DNA of 62,504 nucleotides, the filler included, from Catajapyx aquilonaris (taxonomy: Eukaryota), in NCBI GenBank assembly GCA_000934665.2. It is 2 parts of 2 records of this genome, joined end to end, with 100 filler letters (N's around TTAATTAATTAA, not from the genome) between each part and the next. Parts side by side here need not be neighbours in the genome. Positions count along the whole stretch, not along the records: positions 31,246 to 62,504 come from KZ539175.1; 1 more part is not named here. One strand, written 5' to 3'. Below, in pieces: positions 51,099-62,504 of this stretch (its first letter is position 1; each line of letters begins with the position of its first letter). Under the pieces are notes generated by a model. That model was not told the DNA's origin. It ran no database searches and saw only the letters and a list, made by a program, of their open reading frames with translations. Made by a program: the position numbers and the translations under genes.

Positions 51099-51737
51099 TA
51101 TTTACTTTTCTTCATAATCACCACCAACAGCAGTAAACTTGCGCCAATGATGCATCTACCTGTTCTTACCTCCCATTGGCGTAGGATTCTGGGCTGTGGG
51201 AGCAGTATTGAACAAGTTCTGAATGCCCTTCATCAGGTGTGTGTACAGTTTTGGGAAAAGAAAGAAGTCATGGTGGCAGATGCGGAAGTGCAGGGAATTT
51301 GACTCTCTGGAGGTGTCGTGCATGTCGAGTTCCTGGCCGGTCGGAAAACTGTAAATTATGAGGTGTATGAGGACACCCTGTGGAGGTTTCAGGCACGAGT
51401 GAACAGGGTGCTCCTAGAAAAGAATGTCACTTTTCACCACAATAATTCTCGACCACACACAAGCCATGACACTGTGGATGCCCTCCAGACACTCAAATTC
51501 CCCGTTCTTCCTCATCACGTGTATATAGAGCACAGATCTTGTGCCCTGTGACTTCTTTCTTTCTCCAGAAATGAAGACACACCTGAATAAGGGAAATCGG
51601 TACAGCTCCAATACATAAGCTGAGGCTACTGTTCATGCTTCATGCCGCTCCTATGCCGACAGCAGGGAAGAACAGGTACATCGTTGGCGCATGTTTACTG
51701 CTGCTGGTGGTTATGATTATGAAGAAAAGTAAATATA
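51099..51737 (+). pseudogene. Mariner transposase C-terminal remnant bounded by an inverted copy of its own 3' coding end
   Basis: VHVEFL...FHHNNSRPHTS...DLVPCDFFL...HRWRMFTAAGGYDYEEK* resemble the mariner HDNARPH and YSPDLAPCD motifs; 51099-51168 is the inverse of 51668-51737. Confidence 0.8.
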
Positions 51738-54366
51738 TGCTTTTGAAGGGGAGATTCCAGGCTTTCATCTGATGTCATTCTCATTGTCCTGTGACATGAA
51801 GATGAAGTACATATGCCATGTCCATGGAGGCAAATATTATCATCATGCCCTTGTAGTTTGATACAGATGCAAGTGATACATATCCAAGACTTGGAGAGGA
51901 CAGGAAATCCTACAATTATTGGTATCAGACATATGCCACACTGGTAAAGGGTAGGATCTAGGAGGGCTATATGACTGCCACACTGACATAATATATCCAT
52001 GATGCAATATTGAAGGGTTTTTTTCAAAAACAACATTGTCAAAAATGGTCGAATATGAGTTATGACAGCACTTCATCGGTCCAAGCCATGCGCTCTTAAT
52101 GCACAAAGGAGAATGAGCAAGGGAGAAAAAAAATGCAGCACATATGCACCTTATGCAATAACAGCAGATGTCAACCGCACATGTCATACGTAAGTGACAC
52201 ATATGTTGTTCTTGCATAAAATCTGAACAGCATATGTTAACATCCGCCTGGAATTTAAAAAATATATATTTGTACATTCTCCAATGATGCAAAGCATGTA
52301 TTTCACAATGAAACAATGAAAAATGAACATTTATGCATCATTTTCCCACCTCTTCAGTAAGAACAGCATAATTATGTCAAAATTCTTCTGGAATTTTTTC
52401 CTGCACTTACTACTGCTTGCAGCTATTGGAAATTTATGCCATTGTATGACGCATCCATGTGTCAATAAGAGGCTATTTTTTATGTCAGTTAAACTCCTAT
52501 GTTGCAGAGCAGAGCATATATGTGTTTGAGTCTCCTGAAAAGTGACATTTTTTGACATAAGTATGTTGTTTTTTGCAAAAAAAAAAAAAACGATTCAATT
52601 GGTCTGGGTGATATATGTTCTCCTGGATGTTCGCATTTCTGGCCTGATGTGAGGCTAGCTGCCACACCTATTCGAAAATCAGTGAAAGAGGCAGCAAGTG
52701 CCCAAGAGGTTGGAAAGAATCTATTATGTATTATTACACCATTCCATTACCATTTATATGATGACAGCAAAGAGCAAAGAGTGTTTCCCATCTCAGTAGA
52801 AGCTTATTCTGGAAACAACTAAAATAATGCAAAATGTCTAAATAATTGGACTTTTTTTCTTGGAGGAGCTGTTTTTTAAGAAATTGATGGTCATATAGTA
52901 CAGTAGTACTGCATTCTTAATTGGGTTAGCAAGCAAAGCAAGGTTATGAGGATATAGCCTACTGGCAAGATGACCTGAAAGTGGGATTTACAATGGAACC
53001 TTAATGGCGCCCTTCGAAATTGGAATATCCAGGGAATATCTCAGTTTCACCTGAGGTGAACCTTGATCGTTCTTCCATCAAAGTGTTCATATGTAAATCA
53101 GTCATATGTCTCGTAAATAGAATAGAGTAGAATAGAATAGAAGCTACAATTTCAAAAATACCTCGCTATCGTCCGCACCTCCACTCTGTCGGCGGCCGTT
53201 CCACTGGATTTTATCTTTGGGTGGGGTACCGTCGTTAGAGACCTGGCCAATTATAGCGCAGCAGTATGTGCCGTCACCCGGATGATAACATCTCCCGCTT
53301 ATTTTGAAAACAGGCGCTCTGTATGGGGAAACGGGCTTTGCGACTGCGTTTTGAGACGGAAACTCGAGTACGTGCCAGTGTACGGTGGATTCTGGGTGAG
53401 GGGAATGTGCCCAGTACTCACCCATCACTGTCGCCCACCACCGGAGTGCAAATGCCCGCAACCTTCGGTCGCCTCGCCTCGCCTCGGCTGCCTGGTCCTT
53501 CTAGTATCTAGTAGGCTACGACATTTTTTGACGGTATTATGCAATTTAGGCCTAAATTGATATTTTCCCACTTTCTAGGCACCTTATGAAGTTTTTTCAG
53601 GGTTGGAGAAACTACAAAAAGTTTGGGTAATTTTTGTACAGCCACATACGCAAAGTTTTAAAAGCGCCGTAAGTGAATATCTCGTATTTACGGCGTATGG
53701 CCGTATCTGATGGGCTGTTGTGGTCACTTTGGTGTCATTTCCCATGTTTTCAGGGTCGAAAGACTCAATATACATGACTCAATATATGACATTAAAAAAA
53801 AAAAACAACCAAAGGTCCACTTTCGTTTTCCGGAGCACATGAGTTCCGATCGAACGGGGCTGGCTGTCGTCTACCGCCACCGCCATCCGCCACTTTTGCT
53901 ATGCCACTGAGGTTGTTTTTTTGTTAATGTTATTGACTATTGTGTCTCTGTAACACACGGATTATTAATGTTTTGTAGAAGCTTAGAAGTATCCAGTACA
54001 GCATTTATAAAAATTGCTTGGGTAAAATGGAATCATTCCAACAACAAAATAATAATTGAAGCTTCTGTCATTTCTGAAGTTTGCACAAAATGGAATCTAA
54101 AAATTACACTGTACGGGAGATTATCCGGGATAATAACTGTACGTGTGTCTCTGGATAATCGGGAAACACAGATAATCGGCAAAGGGTCATTGACATCATA
54201 ATAATGAGCTATTCACATGTGTTTAATGTAGGGCCTGCACACTTTTAATGTAGGCCTATCGTACACTATACTACTGTATAGTCTACAATCATAGTGTATT
54301 CTGCTTTAAATAAGGTTTAATAAAAAAATAAAACTTGTCATACGGTATATATATCTTATTTAGTTT

Positions 54367-54554
54367 ACCTTCTAGAACTTTCGGTTCTCCCGATCATCTC
54401 GTCACGACCAAAAAGAAAAATATCTTGAGCATTGGTCAATCACCCGCAGTAGTAGTAGTAGTTGGGTTAGCTTGCGTCTCCCTGCATCGCTGACTACCCT
54501 TTATAGGGAAATGTCGTGATGGTGATGGATGATGATGATGATGACCTTCTAGAA
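54367..54554 (+). mobile_element. 5'-truncated retroposon 3' end (RTE-like tail plus (GAT)n); related tail at 31249-31330
   Basis: 11-bp TSD accttctagaa; shared gttgggttagcttgc.tctccc..catcgctgactaccc...tagggaaatgtcgtgatg. Confidence 0.7.
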
Positions 54555-55430
54555 AAAGTATCTCGAATTTTTTTGTTTGTCAGAAATATCGACATTTTTC
54601 GGACTTCTATTGTTTTATTTTTTGTTTGTTTTGGCGATGCCCGGATAATCCGAAACGCGGATATTCCGCATCCAGATAATCGGGAGTAGGGCCTACAGTG
54701 CTGTCAGTGTACATCACCAGGAAGAAGACTCTCTTCTCTTACGAGTATTTCATCTCGATACTTATTTTATGTTAAACGATAATAGCAGATAAAACATTGT
54801 AGGCTAAAGGTGCATTCACCAAGGGGGTAATCACTCGACTGAAAAGTGTACACTGGAGTACCAAATTCAAGGAGTACCACGGAGTAATAAAGAGTGAGGT
54901 GCCTGAGGAGTACCATGGAGTACCACTCCCAGGTGTACACCGGAGTACCGAAGTGATTACCCCCTTGGCATTCACATATCCGCGATCTCGTGCCCTGCGA
55001 CCGATTCGGTGCCCCGTCGCTGTCGTCGACGGAGAGTTCACATATCCGCGACGCGGTTCCCCCAGCGACGGAGTTGCCGGCGTCCAGCGACCAATTTGGT
55101 GCCCGTCGCCAGGATCTGCTAGACCCGGATACCTACGACGGCGGACACACGGTCGCTGGCGACAAAAGTCACAAAGTCGCAGTCGCAAAGGCAATTTCCA
55201 CATGCAGCACCTGTTTTCATAATAAGCGCCAGATTTTGTCATCCATGTGACGTCACACGGATGCTTCGCGCTGATTGGGGTAATTCCACGACAGTTCAGG
55301 TGAAATTAAATAAAAATGTCACCCTCTATCCTGGGATGTGAACGAAAATTGGAGCTTATTGGCTTAATGATGCCGAGTAAGAAACAGTTTGAATTTTTTT
55401 ATTCCTCCCAAATTCCAAGGTCACGAGGTA

Positions 55431-57180
55431 CAGCGCTGACAAAAATGACGCGATCACGAAACAGCATGCCACTCGTCGGTTCATATCTCGGCAAGTATAT
55501 GTCACAGAGCTACAAAATAGGCGTCAAAGGATGCGGGAGAATCCGAGCGTTCTAGTAATATTGAATTAAAATTTTACGGTGTAGAAAAACGTGAATTAGC
55601 TAAGGGTCGAAATATGTTTGCCAAAATAAAGTCGTGTTGTACGCCCCGGGGAATTTTTCCAAAATATACCGAAATTACATGGGATATTCCTCTATCGATT
55701 GGTGAAATAAAATCGAAGGTGATAAATTTTGTTTTCGAGATCAAAATTCCCGAAGGAAGGCATGCGCGCCTCCGCGCCTACTTCGGGTGGCAGGGAAATC
55801 CCCTGTGTACTTCATTCCTCCTGCAAACCATCTGGAATCTTGTTCTAGAGGCACAGGACTTGTTATGCATGTCACTCAGGGTTCAAAGGTCGCAGGAAGT
55901 GGCACTGGAGAAATTTTTAAGATGCACATGACGCAAACAGGTAATTGGAATTATTGTTGCGAATTCAGCTTCAATGATTTCGATGGATAATGCAGTTATA
56001 TGACCAAGCAAGCGAGCCATAAACAGTTTATTAGCCGTCTTAATATCAAACATGTTTGAAATAATGTTTAAATGTCTGATTGTCTGCTCTGTAAGTATAC
56101 ATACAATATACATAAATTATTCTCTGATGCATGTAAATGCCTGTTTGCTATTTTTGCTATCTGCTCATGTGATTTAACGAATCTTTTCGGTGCTGTTCTA
56201 TACACAGATGTGCACATAATGTTGTAGGCTCTATAATGCCTTTAGGCAGATATCTGCAGGAAACGAGCATGGTTGTCCCATATACGTAGTTCGTGAAGCT
56301 TTTTTTTAACTGACTCATATCAGTCACTTGAAGTTGAGCCATAAAGCACCGAAACGATTCGTTAAATCACATGAGCAGATAGCAAAAATAGCAAACAGGC
56401 ATTTACATTCATCAGAGAATAATTTATGTATATTGTATGTATACTTACAGTGCAGACAATCAGACATTTAAACATTATTTCAAACATGTTTGATATTAAG
56501 ACGGCTAATGAACTCGACGCCTAAGAATTATATTGTCGTATGTCCAATGGATGGACATACGACAATATAATTCTTAGGCGTCGTACTGTTTATGGCTCGC
56601 TTGGTTGGTCATATAACTGCATTATCCATCGAAATCATTGAAGCTGAATTCGCAACAATAATTCCAATTACCTGTTTGCGTCATGTGCATCTTAAAAATT
56701 TCTCCAGCGCCACTTCCTGCGACCTTTGAACCCTGAGTGACATGCATAACAAGTCCTGTGCCTCTAGAACAAGATTCCAGATGGTTTGCAGGAGGAATGA
56801 AGTACACAGGGGATTTCCCTGCCACCCGAAGTAGGCGCGGAGGCGCGCATGCCTTCCTTCGGGAATTTTGATCTCGAAAACAAAATTTATCACCTTCGAT
56901 TTTATTTCACCAATCGATAGAGGAATATCCTATGTAATTTCGATATATTTTGGAAAAATTCCCCGGGGCGTGCAACACGATTTTATTTTGGCAAACATAT
57001 TTCGACCCTTAGCTAATTCACGTTTTTCTACACCGTAAAATTTTAATTCAATATTACTAGAACGCGCGGATTCTCCCGCATCCTTTGACGCCTATTTTGT
57101 AGATCTGTGACATATACTTGCCGAGATATGAACCGACGAGTGGCGTGTTGTTTCGCGATCGCGTCATTTTTGTCAGTGGC
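55431..57180. mobile_element. 1.75-kb foldback element: ~760-bp inverted arms, ~150-bp spacer, 69-bp palindromic insert in the right arm
   Basis: Arms 55436-56193 and 56345-57176 are reverse complements with few mismatches (near-identical ORFs are called on both strands); insert at 56515-56583. Confidence 0.92.
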
Positions 57181-57730
57181 TAGGCCTCTAACGGCGCTAC
57201 CTCTAGAGCACACTCTAGAGGGTGTTTTCTTATGCTCTCCAGTCACTTTGGTTCTCAGCGCTCTGGCGGCCATAAGCAGAAACTTTGCGGAAGATGGCCG
57301 ATTTCTGGAAGGAAATTCAGTAGGCTTTTAGTTGCAACTAGCGCCATCTCGCCATAGCGGCACCATGTTGGTCCACCACTGCATTGAGTACATTGTCTTA
57401 TAATCTCTCCTGGATCACATGAGTGAAGGACAACCGGTACCAGAGACCGGTACCTTGACCAGGCTTGACCGAGAGCGATAGCCGCCGGGTTACGTTGCTG
57501 CTGAATTTGTCTACCCGGCGTGTGTCACCCGAACGGTATGTACTGTTACGTCCCTGTTTCAGTAGAAGTGTTCACTGGGCTAGAAAGAACTTATCAATCC
57601 CTTGTGTATTATCAGGACGATCAGAACATTCTGGATACTTGTTTGTGGATGAACTTGCAGATGTTGTGATCTGCTTTCCTCCTACTGCTAGTTATAATTG
57701 TGGCAGAACTGTCGACAGCAACACTGTTAA

Positions 57731-58009
57731 CCCTGGAACCGTGCCATGGGGTCTTTCCGGACCCCAAAGGAATTAAAATGCATTAAAATTACAATTACAA
57801 TGAACTGTTTGCCATTTAAAAAAAGTATATAACAGGACTTGCATGTTTATTTTGAATAAGCGATCATTTTAGGCATTGTTCAAAGAATGATTGCATATAA
57901 ATACATTAAAAAGTATTATATAAAAAATAATTAAAATTAAAATAGGGTTATTTTAATTTTTATTAATTTGGCGTGGGGTCCTAAAAGACCCCATGGAGCG
58001 GTTCCAGGG
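57731..58009. mobile_element. piggyBac-like MITE (intact copy)
   Basis: TTAA|ccctggaaccg ... cggttccaggg|TTAA. Confidence 0.85.
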
Positions 58010-58539
58010 TTAATTATGGTAACCCATAGGAAAGCAGGGAATTTGGACTAGTTGTGACATGTTAGGGGGGATGAAAAAACAACACTACACTCAAATGCGA
58101 TGATACGTCAATACCATTCTCGAGTTAAAGCAGTAATTGATTCAATTGCCTGGGCAAATTACAAGCAATTTGGCTCCCAGTGCATTCTTAAACCTAAGTC
58201 TTGAGTATACATAACCCAGATATGCTGAGTGTACCCTATAGGGGACACCTGCACAGTTGTTACGTTTTAATTTTTTTGCACAGGTTCTTCTGCTGCTAGA
58301 GAGTGGGCAGTAGTCACGGGTGCTTCAGTAGAGTCACAGCTGATAATACAAGTTAACCCTGGAACTAGGCAATCTGTTGTAAACCCCCCCCCCCCTCCCA
58401 CCCCCCAATTATCTGCAAGTAGGCTACCTGACCAGGCTTCAGATTATTATTTTCTGTATATGTGTGTGGTCATACGAAGATATTAAGGACCTCGTCCTCA
58501 ATATCCGCTGGCAACCCCATATCTGTTTGGGAAACGCCG

Positions 58540-58580
<41 letters not shown>

Positions 58581-58746
58581 CCTGGAACCGTGATGTGGGG
58601 TCTTTTAGGACCCCAAAGGAATTAAAATGCATTAAAATTACAATTACAATGAACTGTTTGTCATTTTTTAAATTTATATAACAGGACTTGCATGTTTATT
58701 TTGAATAAGCAATCATTTTAGGCATTGTTCAAAGAATGATTGCATA

Positions 58747-59833
58747 TCTCTATCTCTATAAATAAGGAAGCTTCATTGTTAGTTTGGATGTTTGTCCCTT
58801 ATAGAAATCCAGGGGAAGGCCCTTACACCGCCTTAAATTAGCATATCGGGGGTTACTTTTTCCAAGGAATCTAACGCCGCATGTTTCAGCTTCCGAAAAT
58901 GTACCTAACTCCCACAACACGCATATTCCTGCCTCAACAATTAGCTTACAATAATAACAATAAATCAATTTGCATTCCCATGGAAATGCATATCTTTTTT
59001 TTTAGCTATTTACCTCCCTGCATCGTGCCGCAGGGAGGGAACCTTTATTTCGTCTTGATGGAACCTTTTTGACGTAGCGCCCGGGCCCACGGGCAGGGTG
59101 ACTGGGAGGGTATGTGCAAGGTGCAAGTGCAATTCTCAAACGATATATTTTTTGAACTCCCCCGGGTGGATTAGTCTGAGGAGATTCCACCCGAAACGAA
59201 GCCAGAGACGACCCAACTCTGCACGGGATGAAGGAGGGAACCCCGGGCTGGGATCGAACCCGGAACCTTAGCATCCGTGGGAGAATACGTTTCCGCAGCG
59301 CCACTTTGTCTCCCCTAGGAAATGCCCTTATGCCACAATACCTAGCAAATTAAACCATCTCTGTAAATTCAGCGCATCCACCAATTACGCTAATTGGCCA
59401 CCTCACGTGACTTCGTATCTTATGGTAATTCCGGGATTTTGTGAGATTAGAAAGTAGACTTCCAGACAAAGTAAATACAATTAAATAATACAGTACTTGC
59501 GAAATATTACTCCGTGTTGAAAACAAAATTTCCCATCATACATCCGTACGTACATTTCTAAAGTTCTTCAGAGCAAACATATGGAACGAGGTGGGGGTGT
59601 GAAGTGGGGTTAAGGGGGGGGGGGGTCAAGGGGTCAAAAATGCAGGGGAAAAACACATGGCTGTGCAGTCTTTTCCTGGGCCAACTCCATTCGCATTCCT
59701 CCTTTACACATCCAATCAGAATATCCGTGTCGACTGTACGCTATAAGACAAGCAGGTAATCTATCACAGATATGTACCCCTATCTTTACCAGCACCCCAA
59801 CATACCCGGTCAACGCCGGGTAACCTGCTATAG
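58747..59833 (+). mobile_element. Non-autonomous Helitron
   Basis: 5' TC start, 3' hairpin cccggtcaacgccggg followed by ctgctatag, inserted between host A and T with no TSD. Confidence 0.78.
58995..59317 (-). mobile_element. tRNA-derived SINE family 2 inside the Helitron
   Basis: B box GGGTTCGATCCC; body gtgcagagttgggtcgtctctggcttcgtttcgggtgg...cacccgggggagttca shared with the other copies. Confidence 0.85.
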
Positions 59834-60102
59834 TCAATATATTGAAAAGTATTATTATAAAAATTACTAAAAATTAAAATATGGCATGGGGTCCTAAAAG
59901 ACCCCACGATACGATTAGCATAACTTTCAGGCATGTCACGGTTCCAGGGTTAAAACCTGCTCAATATTGCTTCAGATTGCTTCAGATTGCTTCAGATACA
60001 GGTGTTTGAATTTTAATGCAGGAAATAATGGCTGCATCTTCATGTTCCGATAATGATGAGTAATTAATTCTCAAATATTGATGAGTGTTATAAGTTATTT
60101 AT

Positions 60103-60438
60103 AGGGGAGGCGGAGTGGTGTTGCGGTAACATATGCGCCCACGGATGTTAAGGTCCCGGGTTCGATCCCAACCTGAGGACACCCCCTTCATCTCGTGCAG
60201 AGTTCAGGGTCACCTCTGGCTTCGTCTCGGGTGGTATTTCCACAGACTAAACCACCCGGGGGAGTTCACTAAAAATGGTCACAGCGTCAGATGCACTGCA
60301 CCTTGCACATCCCCTCCTGTCATCCTGCCCCGTGGGCCCGGGCGCTTCAACTATAATAGGTTCCAATATTGTATAATAGTTCAAAAATAAAGGTCTGTGT
60401 GATATACCCCCATTTGGGGGTGAAAGCACTATCCCAGG

Positions 60439-60503
<65 letters not shown>
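60103..60503 (+). mobile_element. tRNA-derived SINE family 2 with (TTA)n tail
   Basis: ggggaggcggagtggtgttgcggtaac...gggttcgatccc head and the shared body. Confidence 0.85.
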
Positions 60504-60504
<1 letters not shown>

Positions 60505-61334
60505 AGTTACCGTATTTATTGTTTGTAATACTTAGGAAACTTATGAAGGATGATGTCGATGTGGAAATATAGGCAATTCTTTTACTGTCCTTGTCTGAGA
60601 ATAGTGTTGAAATCTGTTGTCCCCTCTGGGGAACACAAGAGACAAATGCACCCATATTTAGACAAGTAAAGTATGTGAGTGGATTTTGTACGCTTTGTTC
60701 AACTGGATTTAAATGAATCCATATAGCCCAGTCATTTTAGGTTTTGACCCAAAAAAAAATCGTGTAAAGCTGGAAATTGGTACAGAGGTACTATTCGACC
60801 CCCTGAACAAGACACTAAAAGTCCTGAGAAATCCGAAGACCGGAACATGGTTTTTAACAAGCATAAAGGTCCTAAGTGACAAAAACATCGACATTTCACT
60901 CCAGAGTGAGCAGTTTGGCTCGATATCACCCCAGAATGCTCGTAAGTAACTTGTTTTAAACGTGAGGGTGTGGGTGTAATCACAGATCCAAACTTAGGCC
61001 GGAAGAATTTAAAAAAAAACAGCAAGAAAAGGTAATTTTATTAAATATTACAAATACAGGTTATATGATTACACAGGCCAACAAAATTGAATATTTATCT
61101 TGGGTCCCTTGAAGGTTAGACCGATTTTAGGGTATATCTGTGGCGCTGATTCCAAAACTGGAATCCGTTGCGCCCCATCAGCTCTGGTTTCTGAGATACA
61201 TCATTTTAAAGTTTGGACCGGTTTACTTTCCGAATCAAGTGAGCCGAAATCTTTTTAGATCTTGAAATAATCACAGATGTACAGATACAGATACTTCTAT
61301 AAGTCGAATCTTCAAGGGACAGGAAAAAATTCAA

Positions 61335-61336
<2 letters not shown>

Positions 61337-61391
<55 letters not shown>

Positions 61392-61795
61392 GGTATACCC
61401 CGTGCTAGAGCCATGGGCTCTTTTAGGGGAGTGGATTACCACTATCGTGCAGGGGACAGGGTAGGGATAGAGAGGGGGGGNGGGGGGGGGGACACTGGTG
61501 CATGTGCAATGTCGGTAAGTTGGGGGTCGTGTGCAGTCCCTCAGGGGGCCGGTTCGCCCTAGATGACTCCCTAGATGCGGGTCAGAAACTCCCGACTGAC
61601 ACCGCACCTCCTCCAGGACAGGGAAAGGATGAAGCGGCTGTGGCCTATTTTACGGTACGATCCCGGAAATTTTTCCTGGGCGACCTTGGGAAACCACAGA
61701 AAACCAAGGTCAGGACCGCCGGCCTCCGGGATTCGAACCCAGGACCTCCCGATTAGCAGTCGGACACCATATCCACTACACCACTACTGATTCGG
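61337..61795 (-). mobile_element. tRNA-derived SINE family 3 with (ATA)n tail
   Basis: A box TGGTGTAGTGG, B box GGTTCGAATCC, core gttttctgtggtttccc...ccgggatcgtacc...aggccacagccgcttc resembling the invertebrate SINE central domain. Confidence 0.8.
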
Positions 61796-62504
61796 TGTTT
61801 TACTGTATTATTATCAGCAGGACGAAAATTTGATCCTTTTTTAAAAGTCAAGGGTGGAGGTCCATTTCAGGACAGTAAAATTAATATCGGAAATATTAGC
61901 AAGTCAAATCAAGAGTAGTAATATTTGCAGGTAATTTTGCTTCTTTACCAATCAGTGGCTAAGAAGGTCTTATTACACCTCCTGCCACATGCCATTTTGC
62001 TACAGTCACCCTATCTCTAGGGTTTCATATTCTTCGTAACAATGTCATACCCGCAGCTCTCAGATGGGTGTCATTTTTCACCTATGGTTGCTGTCAGTGG
62101 GGATGCAAGGTCACATACCGCAGGTCCAGGAGTGCGATATTTAGAAATTCACAGGGGTGTATTGTATGATTGTATACCAGGACCCAAGAGGATAGCCACT
62201 TCGTTTGCATGCTTACATGTGATGAAACTTACTGGTGATGACAATCATTATCCACCCAGAAGCAGAGGAATGTACTTGTGATGAAGTATGATTAGCAGGC
62301 TTTGTGTGTGGCTAACCTGATGAACGTAAGTTTGCAAGATACACACATATTAAGTCCTTAAAGGTTACAGATTGTCTTTCACATTACTGAAAATTATGCT
62401 TATTGCCACTGATCCACAAAAGCAGTGAACAGCATCCTTCTAGGACAGACATATATTTTTACACTCTGTTCCTGCATAATTTTGCTGTTTAGCAGGCGAG
62501 GAAA

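Larger units (their letters stand above)
58580..59949. mobile_element. Second copy of the piggyBac-like MITE, split by a Helitron
   Basis: 58580-58746 and 59834-59949 match the left and right parts of 57731-58009. Confidence 0.85.

Noticed and set aside
53100..53780. Possible Helitron-like end (~53510 CTAG) and transposon-end-like sequence (also ~61080-61260)
   Set aside because: No second boundary or sibling copy in the window to support a call.
55614..56893. Duplicated ORFs on opposite strands (MAGKSPVYF..., ...EIKIPEGRHARL...)
   Set aside because: By-products of the palindrome; no recognisable domain.

Overview
Eukaryotic, intron-containing genomic DNA, probably from an arthropod or other invertebrate (species not determinable from the sequence). 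The first ~48 kb holds five protein-coding genes, which I reconstructed exon by exon from GT-AG sites and phase continuity: a matrin/U1-type zinc-finger gene (-, runs off the left edge), a C7orf25/UPF0415 homologue (+), a short TTC12-like TPR gene (-), RNF207 (-) and class III alcohol dehydrogenase/GSNOR (ADH5/Fdh, +). The genes are tightly coupled, with two head-to-head pairs and one tail-to-tail pair whose stop codons lie 18 nt apart. Best candidate novelty: two upstream in-frame exons that would give ADH5 an alternative N-terminus resembling a mitochondrial presequence, starting from the promoter shared with RNF207, in addition to the canonical MAGTAGK first exon. Introns and the gene-free last ~14 kb are dense with nested non-autonomous transposons: Tc1/mariner/pogo, piggyBac-, hAT- and EnSpm-like MITEs, a Helitron, an Academ-like remnant, tRNA-derived SINEs with swapped tails, and a 1.75-kb foldback element. 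No rRNA, intact tRNA or CRISPR array was found. Family names come from recalled motifs, not database searches.
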